Positions 44,875 through 53,030 of a DNA stretch of 64,000 nt are shown in pieces. The stretch covers positions 1,485,536 through 1,549,535 of the forward strand of contig OZ257145.1 of assembly GCA_965279315.1 (NCBI GenBank), written 5' to 3'. This DNA comes from Alphaproteobacteria bacterium. GTDB taxonomy: Bacteria > Pseudomonadota > Alphaproteobacteria > Micavibrionales > UBA2020. The stretch's first letter is position 1, and each line of letters begins with the position of its first letter. A program made the position numbers and the translations under genes. The notes beneath the pieces are model-generated. The model saw only the letters and a program-made list of their open reading frames with translations. It was not told the DNA's origin and ran no database searches.

Positions 44875-46466
44875 AATCCCCTTCCTTTCGCGCGGAAGGG
44901 TTTCAGGGCGGGGTCGGCCGCCACGATATCGACGCCGCGTTTCAGGTTGGCCTCGACGTAATCGGTGTCCTGCACCCGCCAGACGAAACTTTCCTGCAGC
45001 TTGGTCATCTGCGCGGCATAAAGCGGGTTGCGGGGGTCTGATCTGGTATGGGCATGCAATTCATCCTGCAGTGCGCCATAGGCCGCAGCGAGCGTCACAG
45101 GCGTGATGCGGCCGCTATCCTTGAACGCGCGGTCCTCCAGCAGTTGCGCGGCGTTCCAGCTGCGCAACGCGCCTGCCAGTTTGATCTCGGCGGATGATAG
45201 CGGCCCTGCGCCGGGGTCGGCCGGCTTTTGCCAGTAATACTGGAAGAAATCGATGGCCTTGGCGGCTTCGGGATCGGTCTTGGCGGCCTCCAGCCATTGC
45301 AGGCGTTCGGGCACGGTGCCTTTTTCCAGCTTCAGGTTGATCTGGAGGCTGCGGGCGCTCATGCCGTACTGGTCGGTCACGTCGAAATACAGCTGCTTTG
45401 CCGCCGCATCGTCGAGACGGTGGAAGGCGTCGATGCCCATCTCGTCAATCTTCGCCTTGAAGCCGTGCAGCACGGGCGCGCTCAGGTGCTGGATGTCGTT
45501 GGGATAGCGCATCCGCCACGCCACGATTTTGTCGATCAGGCCGGTGTCATAGCCATCCTGCCGGATCATGTCGCCGATTGCGCCCACATCGGCCACCGCC
45601 TCTTTCCGGTACTCCATCGCGAAAACGCCGAGCGCGGTCAGGTTGGCGATCTTGGACATCAGTGTGCCTTGCGGCACCGCCGCCAGTTTTTTGGGATCGA
45701 AGCTGCGCAGCGTGTATTTATCGTCAAGGCAGTGCCAGCCTTCATGGCGGTTGGTGAAATTCACCTGTTCGCGCGCGTTCAGGCCGCGAATATCGATCGT
45801 CAGCGCGTGGTCGGATGACGGCACGATGACGCAGGCGGCGGGGTGCGTGCGGCTGGTGTTCATCATGGCGAAGGGGTCTTGGGAAAAGGTCTGCACGCCA
45901 TACCGGAAGGCATAGGGCGCGGCGGCCTTGCCCGCAACCGTCTCTGCCATCTCGCCCGTCGGCGTCAGTTTTTGTTCGGTCAGCAGTAAGCGCACGGCCT
46001 GCGGCGCACTAAAGCCGAGCGCCATCGCCACATCGAACTTGCCGGGGTCGATCACCAGCACGCGGTTGTGGATATTGGCGCGGTCGGATTTCAGGAACCG
46101 CGTCAGCCGGTCCTGCAGCCCGTCCAGTTCCTGCGAATAGCTGCCGCGATTGTTCAGTTTCAGCACCTCGCGCCGCGCCTGCTGCATCAGGGCGGCATTG
46201 ATGCGGGCGCGCCGTGCCTCTTCCTTGGCCGGCAATATAACAATGTCGTCCATATCTATTGTCCGGGTGGCGTCATCGCGCGGCGGGGGATCGGCGCTGC
46301 CGGGTGCGCCGGCGTCCTCGATCTTCTGCGTATGATCTGGCTTCGGCACGCTGGTGCAGCCTGCGGCCGCAAGGCTTGCGCCCAAGGCGGCACGGCGCAC
46401 GAAAACCCACCATGACGATGTCAGGCTGGTGGTCTTTTTCAGCGATGTGACGTCTGTTTTCGCCAT
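44871..46466 (-). CDS. Lipoprotein-like hypothetical protein with an HExxH motif, paralogue B
   Basis: 531 aa from MAKTDVTSLKK. ..GASLAAAGC lipobox-like. ACVIVPSSDHAL, FTNRHEGWHCLD, YRKEAVADVGAIGDMIR. Its stop overlaps the paralogue A start (ATGA). Confidence 0.6.
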   Translation of the reverse strand: MAKTDVTSLKKTTSLTSSWWVFVRRAALGASLAAAGCTSVPKPDHTQKIEDAGAPGSADPPPRDDATRTIDMDDIVILPAKEEARRARINAALMQQARREVLKLNNRGSYSQELDGLQDRLTRFLKSDRANIHNRVLVIDPGKFDVAMALGFSAPQAVRLLLTEQKLTPTGEMAETVAGKAAAPYAFRYGVQTFSQDPFAMMNTSRTHPAACVIVPSSDHALTIDIRGLNAREQVNFTNRHEGWHCLDDKYTLRSFDPKKLAAVPQGTLMSKIANLTALGVFAMEYRKEAVADVGAIGDMIRQDGYDTGLIDKIVAWRMRYPNDIQHLSAPVLHGFKAKIDEMGIDAFHRLDDAAAKQLYFDVTDQYGMSARSLQINLKLEKGTVPERLQWLEAAKTDPEAAKAIDFFQYYWQKPADPGAGPLSSAEIKLAGALRSWNAAQLLEDRAFKDSGRITPVTLAAAYGALQDELHAHTRSDPRNPLYAAQMTKLQESFVWRVQDTDYVEANLKRGVDIVAADPALKPFRAKGRGL

Positions 46467-46675
46467 TACATCCGGTCGTTCAATAAAAAAGCGATTTATA
46501 ACCGCCTGAATCTCCAAGGGGAATCATCCGAGCCTATATTATACTATACATAATTAAGGATTCGTGTATTATGTCGAACGCTTGACCAAAAACATATTGA
46601 AAAATAACGATTTTTCAATAGGATGCAGCGCAACAAAACAACAATAACGACTCAAAACGATTCAGGGCGGAAAAT

Positions 46676-48499
46676 ATGACCAACAAGCTTCGCAACATTG
46701 CCATCATCGCACACGTCGACCATGGGAAAACCACCCTCGTTGACGTCCTGCTCCGCCAGTCGGGCCAGTTCCGCGCCAACGAAAAAGTTGCCGAGCGCGT
46801 CATGGACTCCAACGACCTCGAAAAAGAGCGCGGCATCACGATCTTGGCGAAGGTCACCTCGCTGATGTGGAAAGACACCCGCATCAATATCGTCGACACC
46901 CCCGGCCACGCGGATTTCGGCGGCGAAGTCGAACGCATCCTGTCGATGGTCGACGGCGTTGTCATCCTGGTGGACGCTGCCGAAGGCGCGCTGCCCCAGA
47001 CGAAATTCGTTTCCGGCAAGGCGCTGAAACTCGGCCTGAAGCCGATCGTCGTCATCAACAAGGTCGACCGCCCCGATGCGCGCCCCGACGAAGTGCATGA
47101 AGAAGTGTTCGACCTTTTCGTGGCCCTCGAAGCAACCGATGAACAGCTCGACTTCCCCATCCTCTACGCTTCCGGCCGTCAGGGCTGGGCGTCGAAGACG
47201 CTGGGCGGCGAGCAAAAAGACCTCGCGCCGCTGTTCGACCTGATCTGCGAATACGTGCCCGCGCCGAAAGTGGAAGAAAACAAGCCCTTCTCGATGCTGG
47301 TCACCATGATCGAAAGCAACCCTTACCTTGGCCGCGTCGTCACGGGCCGCATTACCGCAGGCTCCGTGAAAACCAACCAAGCGCTGAAATCGCTGGCGAT
47401 TGACAGCAGCGCGGTTGAAAACTTCCGCGCCTCGAAAATCCTCGCCTTCCGCGGCATCGAGCGCGAGCCGCTCGACGAAGCACATGCGGGCGACATTATC
47501 TCGATCGCGGGCATGACGCAGGCGACCTCCGTCACCAACACGGTCTGCGACCCTGTGGTGACCGAAGCCCTGCCGGCTATTCCAATCGATCCGCCCACCA
47601 TTTCCATGTCCTTCGCCGTCAACAACGGCCCGTTCGCGGGTACCGAAGGCACGAAAGTAACCTCGCGCATGATCCGCGAGCGCCTGTTCAAGGAAGCCGA
47701 AAGCAACGTCGCGATGAAGGTCCTCGACGGCCAGACGTCGGATACGTTCGAAGTGTTCGGCCGCGGCGAATTGCAGATGTCGGTCCTGATCGAAACCATG
47801 CGCCGCGAAGGCTTCGAGCTGATGATCGGCCGCCCGCGCGTGCTGTACAAAACCGACGAAGAAACCGGCGAAAAGATGGAGCCGTATGAAGAGGTCGTGA
47901 TCGACGTCGATCAGGAACATTCCGGCACGGTCGTCCAGAAAATGGCGATCCGCAAGGGCGAGATGATGTCGATGGCACCGTCCGGCGCCGGTAAAGTCAA
48001 AATGACCTTTATCGCCCCCACCCGCGGGTTGATCGGCTACCACGGCGAATTCCTGACCGACACGCGCGGCACGGGCATCATCAACCGCCTGTTCCACGGC
48101 TATGGCACGTTCAAGGGCAACGTCGAAGGCCGCCGCGTCGGCGTGCTGCTGGCGATGGATACCGGCGAAGCGACCGAATACGACCTGTGGAAACTGGAAG
48201 AGCGCGGCACTATCATGGTGCTGCCCGGCACCAAGGTTTATGAAGGCATGATCGTCGGCGAACACAACCGCGACAACGACCTTGCAGTCAACATCCTGCG
48301 CGGCAAAAAGCTGACCAACGTCCGCGCATCGGGCACCGACGATTCAACCAAGCTGATCCCGCCCCGCATCCTGACGCTGGAGCAGGCCATCACCTTCATC
48401 AACGACGATGAACTGGTCGAAGTCACCCCGAAAACCCTGCGCCTGCGCAAAGCGATCCTCGACCCCAACGCGCGCAAGCGTCTGGAAAAGACGGGCTAA
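46676..48499 (+). CDS. typA: Translational GTPase TypA/BipA
   Basis: 607 aa. NIAIIAHVDHGKTTLVD, DTPGHADFGGEVER, NKVDR G-motifs and a BipA-like C-terminal domain. Confidence 0.95.
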   Translation: MTNKLRNIAIIAHVDHGKTTLVDVLLRQSGQFRANEKVAERVMDSNDLEKERGITILAKVTSLMWKDTRINIVDTPGHADFGGEVERILSMVDGVVILVDAAEGALPQTKFVSGKALKLGLKPIVVINKVDRPDARPDEVHEEVFDLFVALEATDEQLDFPILYASGRQGWASKTLGGEQKDLAPLFDLICEYVPAPKVEENKPFSMLVTMIESNPYLGRVVTGRITAGSVKTNQALKSLAIDSSAVENFRASKILAFRGIEREPLDEAHAGDIISIAGMTQATSVTNTVCDPVVTEALPAIPIDPPTISMSFAVNNGPFAGTEGTKVTSRMIRERLFKEAESNVAMKVLDGQTSDTFEVFGRGELQMSVLIETMRREGFELMIGRPRVLYKTDEETGEKMEPYEEVVIDVDQEHSGTVVQKMAIRKGEMMSMAPSGAGKVKMTFIAPTRGLIGYHGEFLTDTRGTGIINRLFHGYGTFKGNVEGRRVGVLLAMDTGEATEYDLWKLEERGTIMVLPGTKVYEGMIVGEHNRDNDLAVNILRGKKLTNVRASGTDDSTKLIPPRILTLEQAITFINDDELVEVTPKTLRLRKAILDPNARKRLEKTG

Positions 48500-48522
48500 G
48501 CGTTTCGTTACGGGAGTTGTCA

Positions 48523-48936
48523 ATGGGTACGGCCAAGGCGCATCTGCGCAGCCTGTCGATGGGGGCATTTTACGGCGCGCTCGTCTTCGTGGCCGATCGC
48601 TGCATCCATCTGAAGGGCACGGTGAATATCGCACTGCTGGTGGTCATGTCGATCATGGCGATTTTGGTCGTGATCGGCACAATCAAGGTAGATCCGCAAA
48701 GCCGCTTCCAAATTCCGCTGAAGCCTTTTTCGATTCTTGTCGGATTTTTTCTTTCACTGACGGTTGTTTATGCGTTCCTTGGCAATATGCCAGGGCAGCG
48801 CAATTTGATCCAGTCTCTGGCGGATGCGAAAACCATGCCGCCCGCCATTCAGCAGCCGTTCGATAAATATGTGGAATGGAGCGCCGGCCATTCTTTGATC
48901 GGGAATGGCAAGCCGGAAATCGTAAAACAGCCTTGA
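48523..48936 (+). CDS. Hypothetical small membrane protein (137 aa)
   Basis: GGGAG 6 nt upstream of ATG 48523. About 3 hydrophobic segments. No family recognised. Confidence 0.4.
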   Translation: MGTAKAHLRSLSMGAFYGALVFVADRCIHLKGTVNIALLVVMSIMAILVVIGTIKVDPQSRFQIPLKPFSILVGFFLSLTVVYAFLGNMPGQRNLIQSLADAKTMPPAIQQPFDKYVEWSAGHSLIGNGKPEIVKQP

Positions 48937-48946
48937 TGCGCGCGGC

Positions 48947-49498
48947 TTAGGGCTTCATTCCGAACTTCTGCGCACCCCGCGCATAGACCTTGTCGAATTC
49001 CCCCTCCAGCCCCGCATTCGCACCGCGCAGGCCATCGACCACGGCTTTGGCCCAGGTGAAGTACTCCTGTTTACGCGCAAGGCTCCAGTCGGGCGGAGGG
49101 GAGTCGAGTATGGCGCGGAGGTTGGATATTTTGTCGGCTGTCTTGACCAGTTTCGCCGCGTCAGATTTATGCGGCGCGTGTTCGACCTGCAGGCGTTTAC
49201 GCTCCGCCTTGGGCAGTGATTTGTCGTCGGTGCATTCCTGCACGATATCGGCGACGTTCTGGCCGAATTCTTTCACCAGTTCTTCGTATTTCGTATCCGT
49301 GTCCTCGATCGTGTCATGCAGCACGGCGGCGCAGAGGATATCGGCATTCTTGCCATCGGTGAATTGCGCGACAAGGTCGGCGACCTCGATCAGGTGGTTG
49401 ACATAGGGTTCGGCGCGTTCGCCCTTGCGGCGCTGGTCGGTGTGCTTTTTTGCGGCGAACAATAACGCGCGCGTGAGTTTCTGTGAAACTTCGGTCAT
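48947..49498 (-). CDS. HD-domain (p)ppGpp-hydrolase-like protein (small alarmone hydrolase type)
   Basis: 183 aa. HTDQRRKG..PYVNHLIEVA..AAVLHDTIEDTD, matching the RelA/SpoT hydrolase-domain signature. Confidence 0.8.
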   Translation of the reverse strand: MTEVSQKLTRALLFAAKKHTDQRRKGERAEPYVNHLIEVADLVAQFTDGKNADILCAAVLHDTIEDTDTKYEELVKEFGQNVADIVQECTDDKSLPKAERKRLQVEHAPHKSDAAKLVKTADKISNLRAILDSPPPDWSLARKQEYFTWAKAVVDGLRGANAGLEGEFDKVYARGAQKFGMKP

Positions 49499-49560
49499 GG
49501 GGATTCCTTTTGGTATGTCCCCATGCTAGGCGTTCTGCGCCTGTCTGGCAAGCCAGCGCG

Positions 49561-50805
49561 TCAGCCGGGGTTGTTCTCGCCCTGTTCGGCGGCGGCGGGC
49601 TTGTTCTGGCCGGCCTCGCCGCACATGATGAAGGCGCGCGTGGCGGCGAAGGGGCCGATCGTTTCGAAAATCGCGACCATGCCGAAGACCAGCGCCGATA
49701 CCTGCGCGCCCATGCCGGGTAGCAGCTTGCTGAGCGTCGAGGCAAGCCCGATCGCCATGCCCGCCATCGGGATAATGAGCAGCGATGCCGCCGCCGCCTG
49801 ATTGGTCTCGACCGTCGTGAAGCGGGAGGCGATGAAAACGCCCGCGGTTTTCGTGACACAGCGGATCACCACCAGCAGCACGGGCGCGATGCCCGCCATC
49901 ATCAGCGCATGCAGGTCGATTTTCGCGCCCGCCAGCACGAACAGCGCGATGAAAAACAGATCGCCGCCCTCGCCGAAACCGACCTTCGACAGGTTGGATT
50001 TGTTTGATTCAAACCAGCGGGTGGCGATGCCCATCACCAGCGGCGCGAACAATCCCGACATGCCAAGCATGCTGCAAACGCCCAGCGTGACCATGACCGC
50101 GCCGATCACGACGACGAAGCGGTAATGTTCGTCCTCCTCGCGGAAAATGCGGGCGATGCGCACGGCGCACCAGGCGGCAAAAATGCCGACAACCGCCGCG
50201 CCGAACAGGCGGTAGGCGGGCACAAGAACCGCGGCCGAAGCCGCGCTGGTTTCCGGCGCCATCGCAAAGGGCAGCACCGCGGAAAACACGATGAAGGAAA
50301 AGAGGTTGTTCATCGCTACCAGAGATTTTGCCAGCGACGTGACCGTGCCTTTCGCGCGCATTTCCTCTGCCACATGGACCAGCACGGCGGGGGATGACGA
50401 AATGGCAATCGCGCCGATCAAAGCCGCAACCGTCCAGCTGTTCCCGAGGAATTTTACCGCAAGCGTCACGCCCGCGAAGGTCAGCAGGCTTTCGAGGATC
50501 GCGGTCAGCATGATGCGCTTCGAGCGCAGCATCGCCTCCGGATGCAGCATGTTGCCCAGCTTATAAAGGATCAGGCCCAGCGCGATGTCGATAATGACAT
50601 ACGCGTCCTTCATCATATCGGCGGTAATCAGGCCAAGCCCGTGCGGACCCGTCAGGAGCCCCAGCAGCATAAAGGCGGTGATTGTGGGCATCAGGTGGAT
50701 GCGGTTCGCAATCAGCCCCCCTGTGACGCCCAGCAAGAGAAGCATGCCAAAAGCCAGCATCGCGTTCGGGTGCAGGTCGGGGATATAGGTCAAGAAGGCT
50801 TCCAT
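49561..50805 (-). CDS. Cation:proton antiporter (CPA1/2, Na+/H+ exchanger family)
   Basis: 414 aa, ~12 TM, N-terminal MLAFGMLLLLGVTGGLIANRIHLMPTITAFMLLGLLTGP typical of Kef/Nha-type exchangers. Confidence 0.8.
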   Translation of the reverse strand: MEAFLTYIPDLHPNAMLAFGMLLLLGVTGGLIANRIHLMPTITAFMLLGLLTGPHGLGLITADMMKDAYVIIDIALGLILYKLGNMLHPEAMLRSKRIMLTAILESLLTFAGVTLAVKFLGNSWTVAALIGAIAISSSPAVLVHVAEEMRAKGTVTSLAKSLVAMNNLFSFIVFSAVLPFAMAPETSAASAAVLVPAYRLFGAAVVGIFAAWCAVRIARIFREEDEHYRFVVVIGAVMVTLGVCSMLGMSGLFAPLVMGIATRWFESNKSNLSKVGFGEGGDLFFIALFVLAGAKIDLHALMMAGIAPVLLVVIRCVTKTAGVFIASRFTTVETNQAAAASLLIIPMAGMAIGLASTLSKLLPGMGAQVSALVFGMVAIFETIGPFAATRAFIMCGEAGQNKPAAAEQGENNPG

Positions 50806-50882
50806 GCGGCGTCATTACTCCGGTTACAGGCGGAATATAATGATGGCGCGAGGCGGAAAGCAATCCCGTAGATGTAAAAGCA

Positions 50883-50911
50883 GAAAGCCGGGCGCTGCAA
50901 GCCCGGCTTTC
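50883..50911 (-). terminator. Terminator-like hairpin after the rhodanese gene
   Basis: GAAAGCCGGGC-GCTGCAA-GCCCGGCTTTC, followed by a weak T tract (TGCTTTT) on the minus strand. Confidence 0.5.
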
Positions 50912-50937
50912 CTATCATCAATGCGATGCGCGGAAAG

Positions 50938-51453
50938 TTAAATTTCGCGTCCGCTTTGGTGATCCTGATTGAAATAGCTTTCTTCGCTGCCCGTGTTGCT
51001 GGAGCGGTAGCTTTTCTGGTAGTCGCGGGCGAGCGTTTCAAGGTCTTCGACGGTGCGCGACGATACGGCGTCGGATACGCCCTGACCATCTTCCATCGCG
51101 TCGTCTTTAATATGCTCGTCATAAACCTCCGAACCGTCGAGGCGCAGGCCGGCCGATTTCCAGTCCTCCTTGCCGCCGACATAGTCGGAGACATCGGTAT
51201 AGCCAAGACCTTCCAGGATTTCGGCAGCCTTCGTCGAAGCCGCACAATCGGCGCTCGCGCAATAGGTGACGATTTTCAAGGATTTGTCGGTCAGTTGTTT
51301 GGGGGCTTCCGCAGCCAGCGTTTCCAGCGGCATCGACAGCGCGCCGGGGATGTGGCCATGGTCATATTCGGATTTCGGCAATGCCTCGATGATGGCGTAA
51401 TCTTCGCCTGAAGACATCAGCTTGTTCAGCTCGTCACGTTTGATCGGTTGCAT
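50938..51453 (-). CDS. Rhodanese-domain protein with an acidic C-terminal extension
   Basis: 171 aa from MQPIKRDELN (GGAGGA 5 nt upstream). EYDHGHIPGAL, IVTYCASADCAAS active-site loop region. ~70-aa extension of unknown function. Confidence 0.8.
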   Translation of the reverse strand: MQPIKRDELNKLMSSGEDYAIIEALPKSEYDHGHIPGALSMPLETLAAEAPKQLTDKSLKIVTYCASADCAASTKAAEILEGLGYTDVSDYVGGKEDWKSAGLRLDGSEVYDEHIKDDAMEDGQGVSDAVSSRTVEDLETLARDYQKSYRSSNTGSEESYFNQDHQSGREI

Positions 51454-51547
51454 GGAATCCTCCATTGCCCTTTTAATATGGGCTGTTCGTTGACGGGTTG
51501 CAGGTGTCCAACGAATGGCGGGTAAAGAGGGTTCCCCTGAAATGAAA

Positions 51548-51574
51548 GAAGCCGGGCTTCATCAGCCCGGCTTC
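51548..51574 (-). terminator. Terminator-like hairpin after the small Cys-repeat gene
   Basis: GAAGCCGGGC-TTCATCA-GCCCGGCTTC, then TTTCATTT on the minus strand. The stem is nearly identical to the 50883 hairpin. Confidence 0.5.
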
Positions 51575-51598
51575 TTGAATCACGCTAAAGCGATAAGC

Positions 51599-51751
51599 TT
51601 AGCCGCCGCAGGAACCGGATTTTTCCTTGTTCGTGCCGCAAGAGCCCATGGTCTCTTCTTTTTTCGCTTCCGTGCCGCAAGAGCCGGTTTTGGGAGCGGT
51701 CGTGGAACAGGAGCCTTTTTCGTCTTTTTTCAGTTGTTCTTGGCTGGTCAT
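51599..51751 (-). CDS. Small cysteine-repeat protein (50 aa, 4x G-S-C)
   Basis: MTSQEQLKKDEKGSCSTTAPKTGSCGTEAKKEETMGSCGTNKEKSGSCGG. AAGGA ~9 nt upstream of ATG 51751, own terminator hairpin. The longer track ORF to 51994 lacks an SD and crosses the divergent promoter region. Confidence 0.45.
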   Translation of the reverse strand: MTSQEQLKKDEKGSCSTTAPKTGSCGTEAKKEETMGSCGTNKEKSGSCGG

Positions 51752-52024
51752 GGCAATTATCCTTATGTTGGGTTGCTCAACGACGCCGCATACGCGGTCG
51801 TCACGGGAGAGGATATAGCCCCCGAAAACCCCTTGTCCACCCGCGATGTCCGGTATTCCGGCGCAGGCCGTCCACCCCCCTGATATCATGAGATATATAT
51901 CTTTGTTATAATTTCCATAAATATTGACCTCATCCTGAAAAAAACAGGCAAATCCGCCATCCGGCTGCTTCAGCCGGATGTGGCATACTGGCATCGTCCG
52001 GGATTCGCAAAATGGAGTTCAAGC

Positions 52025-52864
52025 ATGTATGGCCGCCTGTTTTATTTCCTGATGCCGCTGGTCATCGTGACCGCCATCATCGGCTTTTCCGCACTGGCCG
52101 AAAACGACCATGCGGGCATGACGCATGAAGAGCCAGCCGTTGAAAAACATGCCGCGGGGTTGCAGGCGCAAGTCACGCCCGATACGCTGGTGCGGGGGCG
52201 CGACAGCACGTTTACGCTGATGCTGACCAAAGGCAACACGCCCGTGTCGCTCGCCGCGCTGGAGGAACGCCATACCCAGAAAATCCACCTGCTGGTCGTC
52301 GATGAAAGCATGGTCGATTACCATCATGTACATCCCACGGCGGGCAGCGATGCCGGCAGCTATACTTTCGCCTTCACGCCCAACACGGCGCGCAATTATA
52401 TGCTCTATGCCGATGTGAAGCCGCTGAATGGCGAAGCACAGATGATTGCGGTGAAATTAAACGGCGGCGCGCCTTGCGCAAATGACTGCCTCGACAAATC
52501 CGCAACCGACCGCGCGACGGTGGGCGATGTGACGGGGCAGGTGGTGTTTGACGGCAAGACGGTCAAGGCAGGATCCCCCGTAAATGCCGAAGTCACGCTG
52601 ACCGGCGCAGATGGCAAGCCGCTCGCCGACCTTGAACCCGTCATGGGAGCCTATGGGCATATCGTTGGTTTCTACGAAGGCTTCAAATCCGTCGCCCATA
52701 TGCACCCGATGGGGGCGGAGCCTGAAAAACCCGAAGACCGCGGCGCGTCGCCTGTCAAATTCATGCTGCATCCCGATCATCCGGGTTACCTGAAATACTT
52801 CGTGCAGATCCGCCGTGGCGGGAAGGATGTGTTCCTGCCTTTCGGCCTCACGATTGAAAAATAA
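52025..52864 (+). CDS. Exported hypothetical protein with two His-rich (HxHP) repeats, candidate metal-binding protein
   Basis: 279 aa from MYGRLFYFLMPLVIVTAIIGFSALA (signal/anchor). Repeat 1 ..KIHLLVVDESMVDYHHVHP..GSYTFAF; repeat 2 ..YGHIVGFYEGFKSVAHMHPMG..YLKYFVQI. Confidence 0.6.
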   Translation: MYGRLFYFLMPLVIVTAIIGFSALAENDHAGMTHEEPAVEKHAAGLQAQVTPDTLVRGRDSTFTLMLTKGNTPVSLAALEERHTQKIHLLVVDESMVDYHHVHPTAGSDAGSYTFAFTPNTARNYMLYADVKPLNGEAQMIAVKLNGGAPCANDCLDKSATDRATVGDVTGQVVFDGKTVKAGSPVNAEVTLTGADGKPLADLEPVMGAYGHIVGFYEGFKSVAHMHPMGAEPEKPEDRGASPVKFMLHPDHPGYLKYFVQIRRGGKDVFLPFGLTIEK

Positions 52865-52866
52865 GC

Positions 52867-52986
52867 CGTAACCCCGGCGAAGGCCGGGGTCCACGCACTC
52901 TCCGTGCGTCTGGCGGTTGTGGATCGCGAGGTGTCGCAGCCATGCATGCCGATGGTGCTTAGACCCCGGCCTTCGCCGGGGTTACG
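52867..52986. repeat. Nested-hairpin palindromic element, copy 3 (25-bp perfect terminal inverted repeats, 70-bp spacer)
   Basis: CGTAACCCCGGCGAAGGCCGGGGTC (52867-52891) and its exact reverse complement (52962-52986). Each arm is a CCCCGGC-GAAG-GCCGGGG hairpin. Confidence 0.85.
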
Positions 52987-53030
52987 ATAGCTCTTTACAT
53001 TTGCCATAATTTTACTGTATCATCTTCGGA

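Noticed and set aside
50883-51574. Near-identical hairpin stems (AAGCCGGGC...GCCCGGCTT) at 50883-50911 and 51548-51574, considered as another dispersed repeat family.
   Set aside because: There are only two copies, both positioned exactly where terminators are expected after minus-strand genes. The shared 9-bp GC stem can arise by convergence, so I report them as terminator candidates only.
51599-51751. DNA-level direct repeats (CGTGCCGCAAGAGCC x2 and related) considered as a mini-CRISPR or intergenic tandem repeat.
   Set aside because: There are only two to four units with no spacer-repeat regularity. They translate in-frame into the repeated GSCGT peptide unit with SD and terminator, so a coding repeat is the simpler reading.
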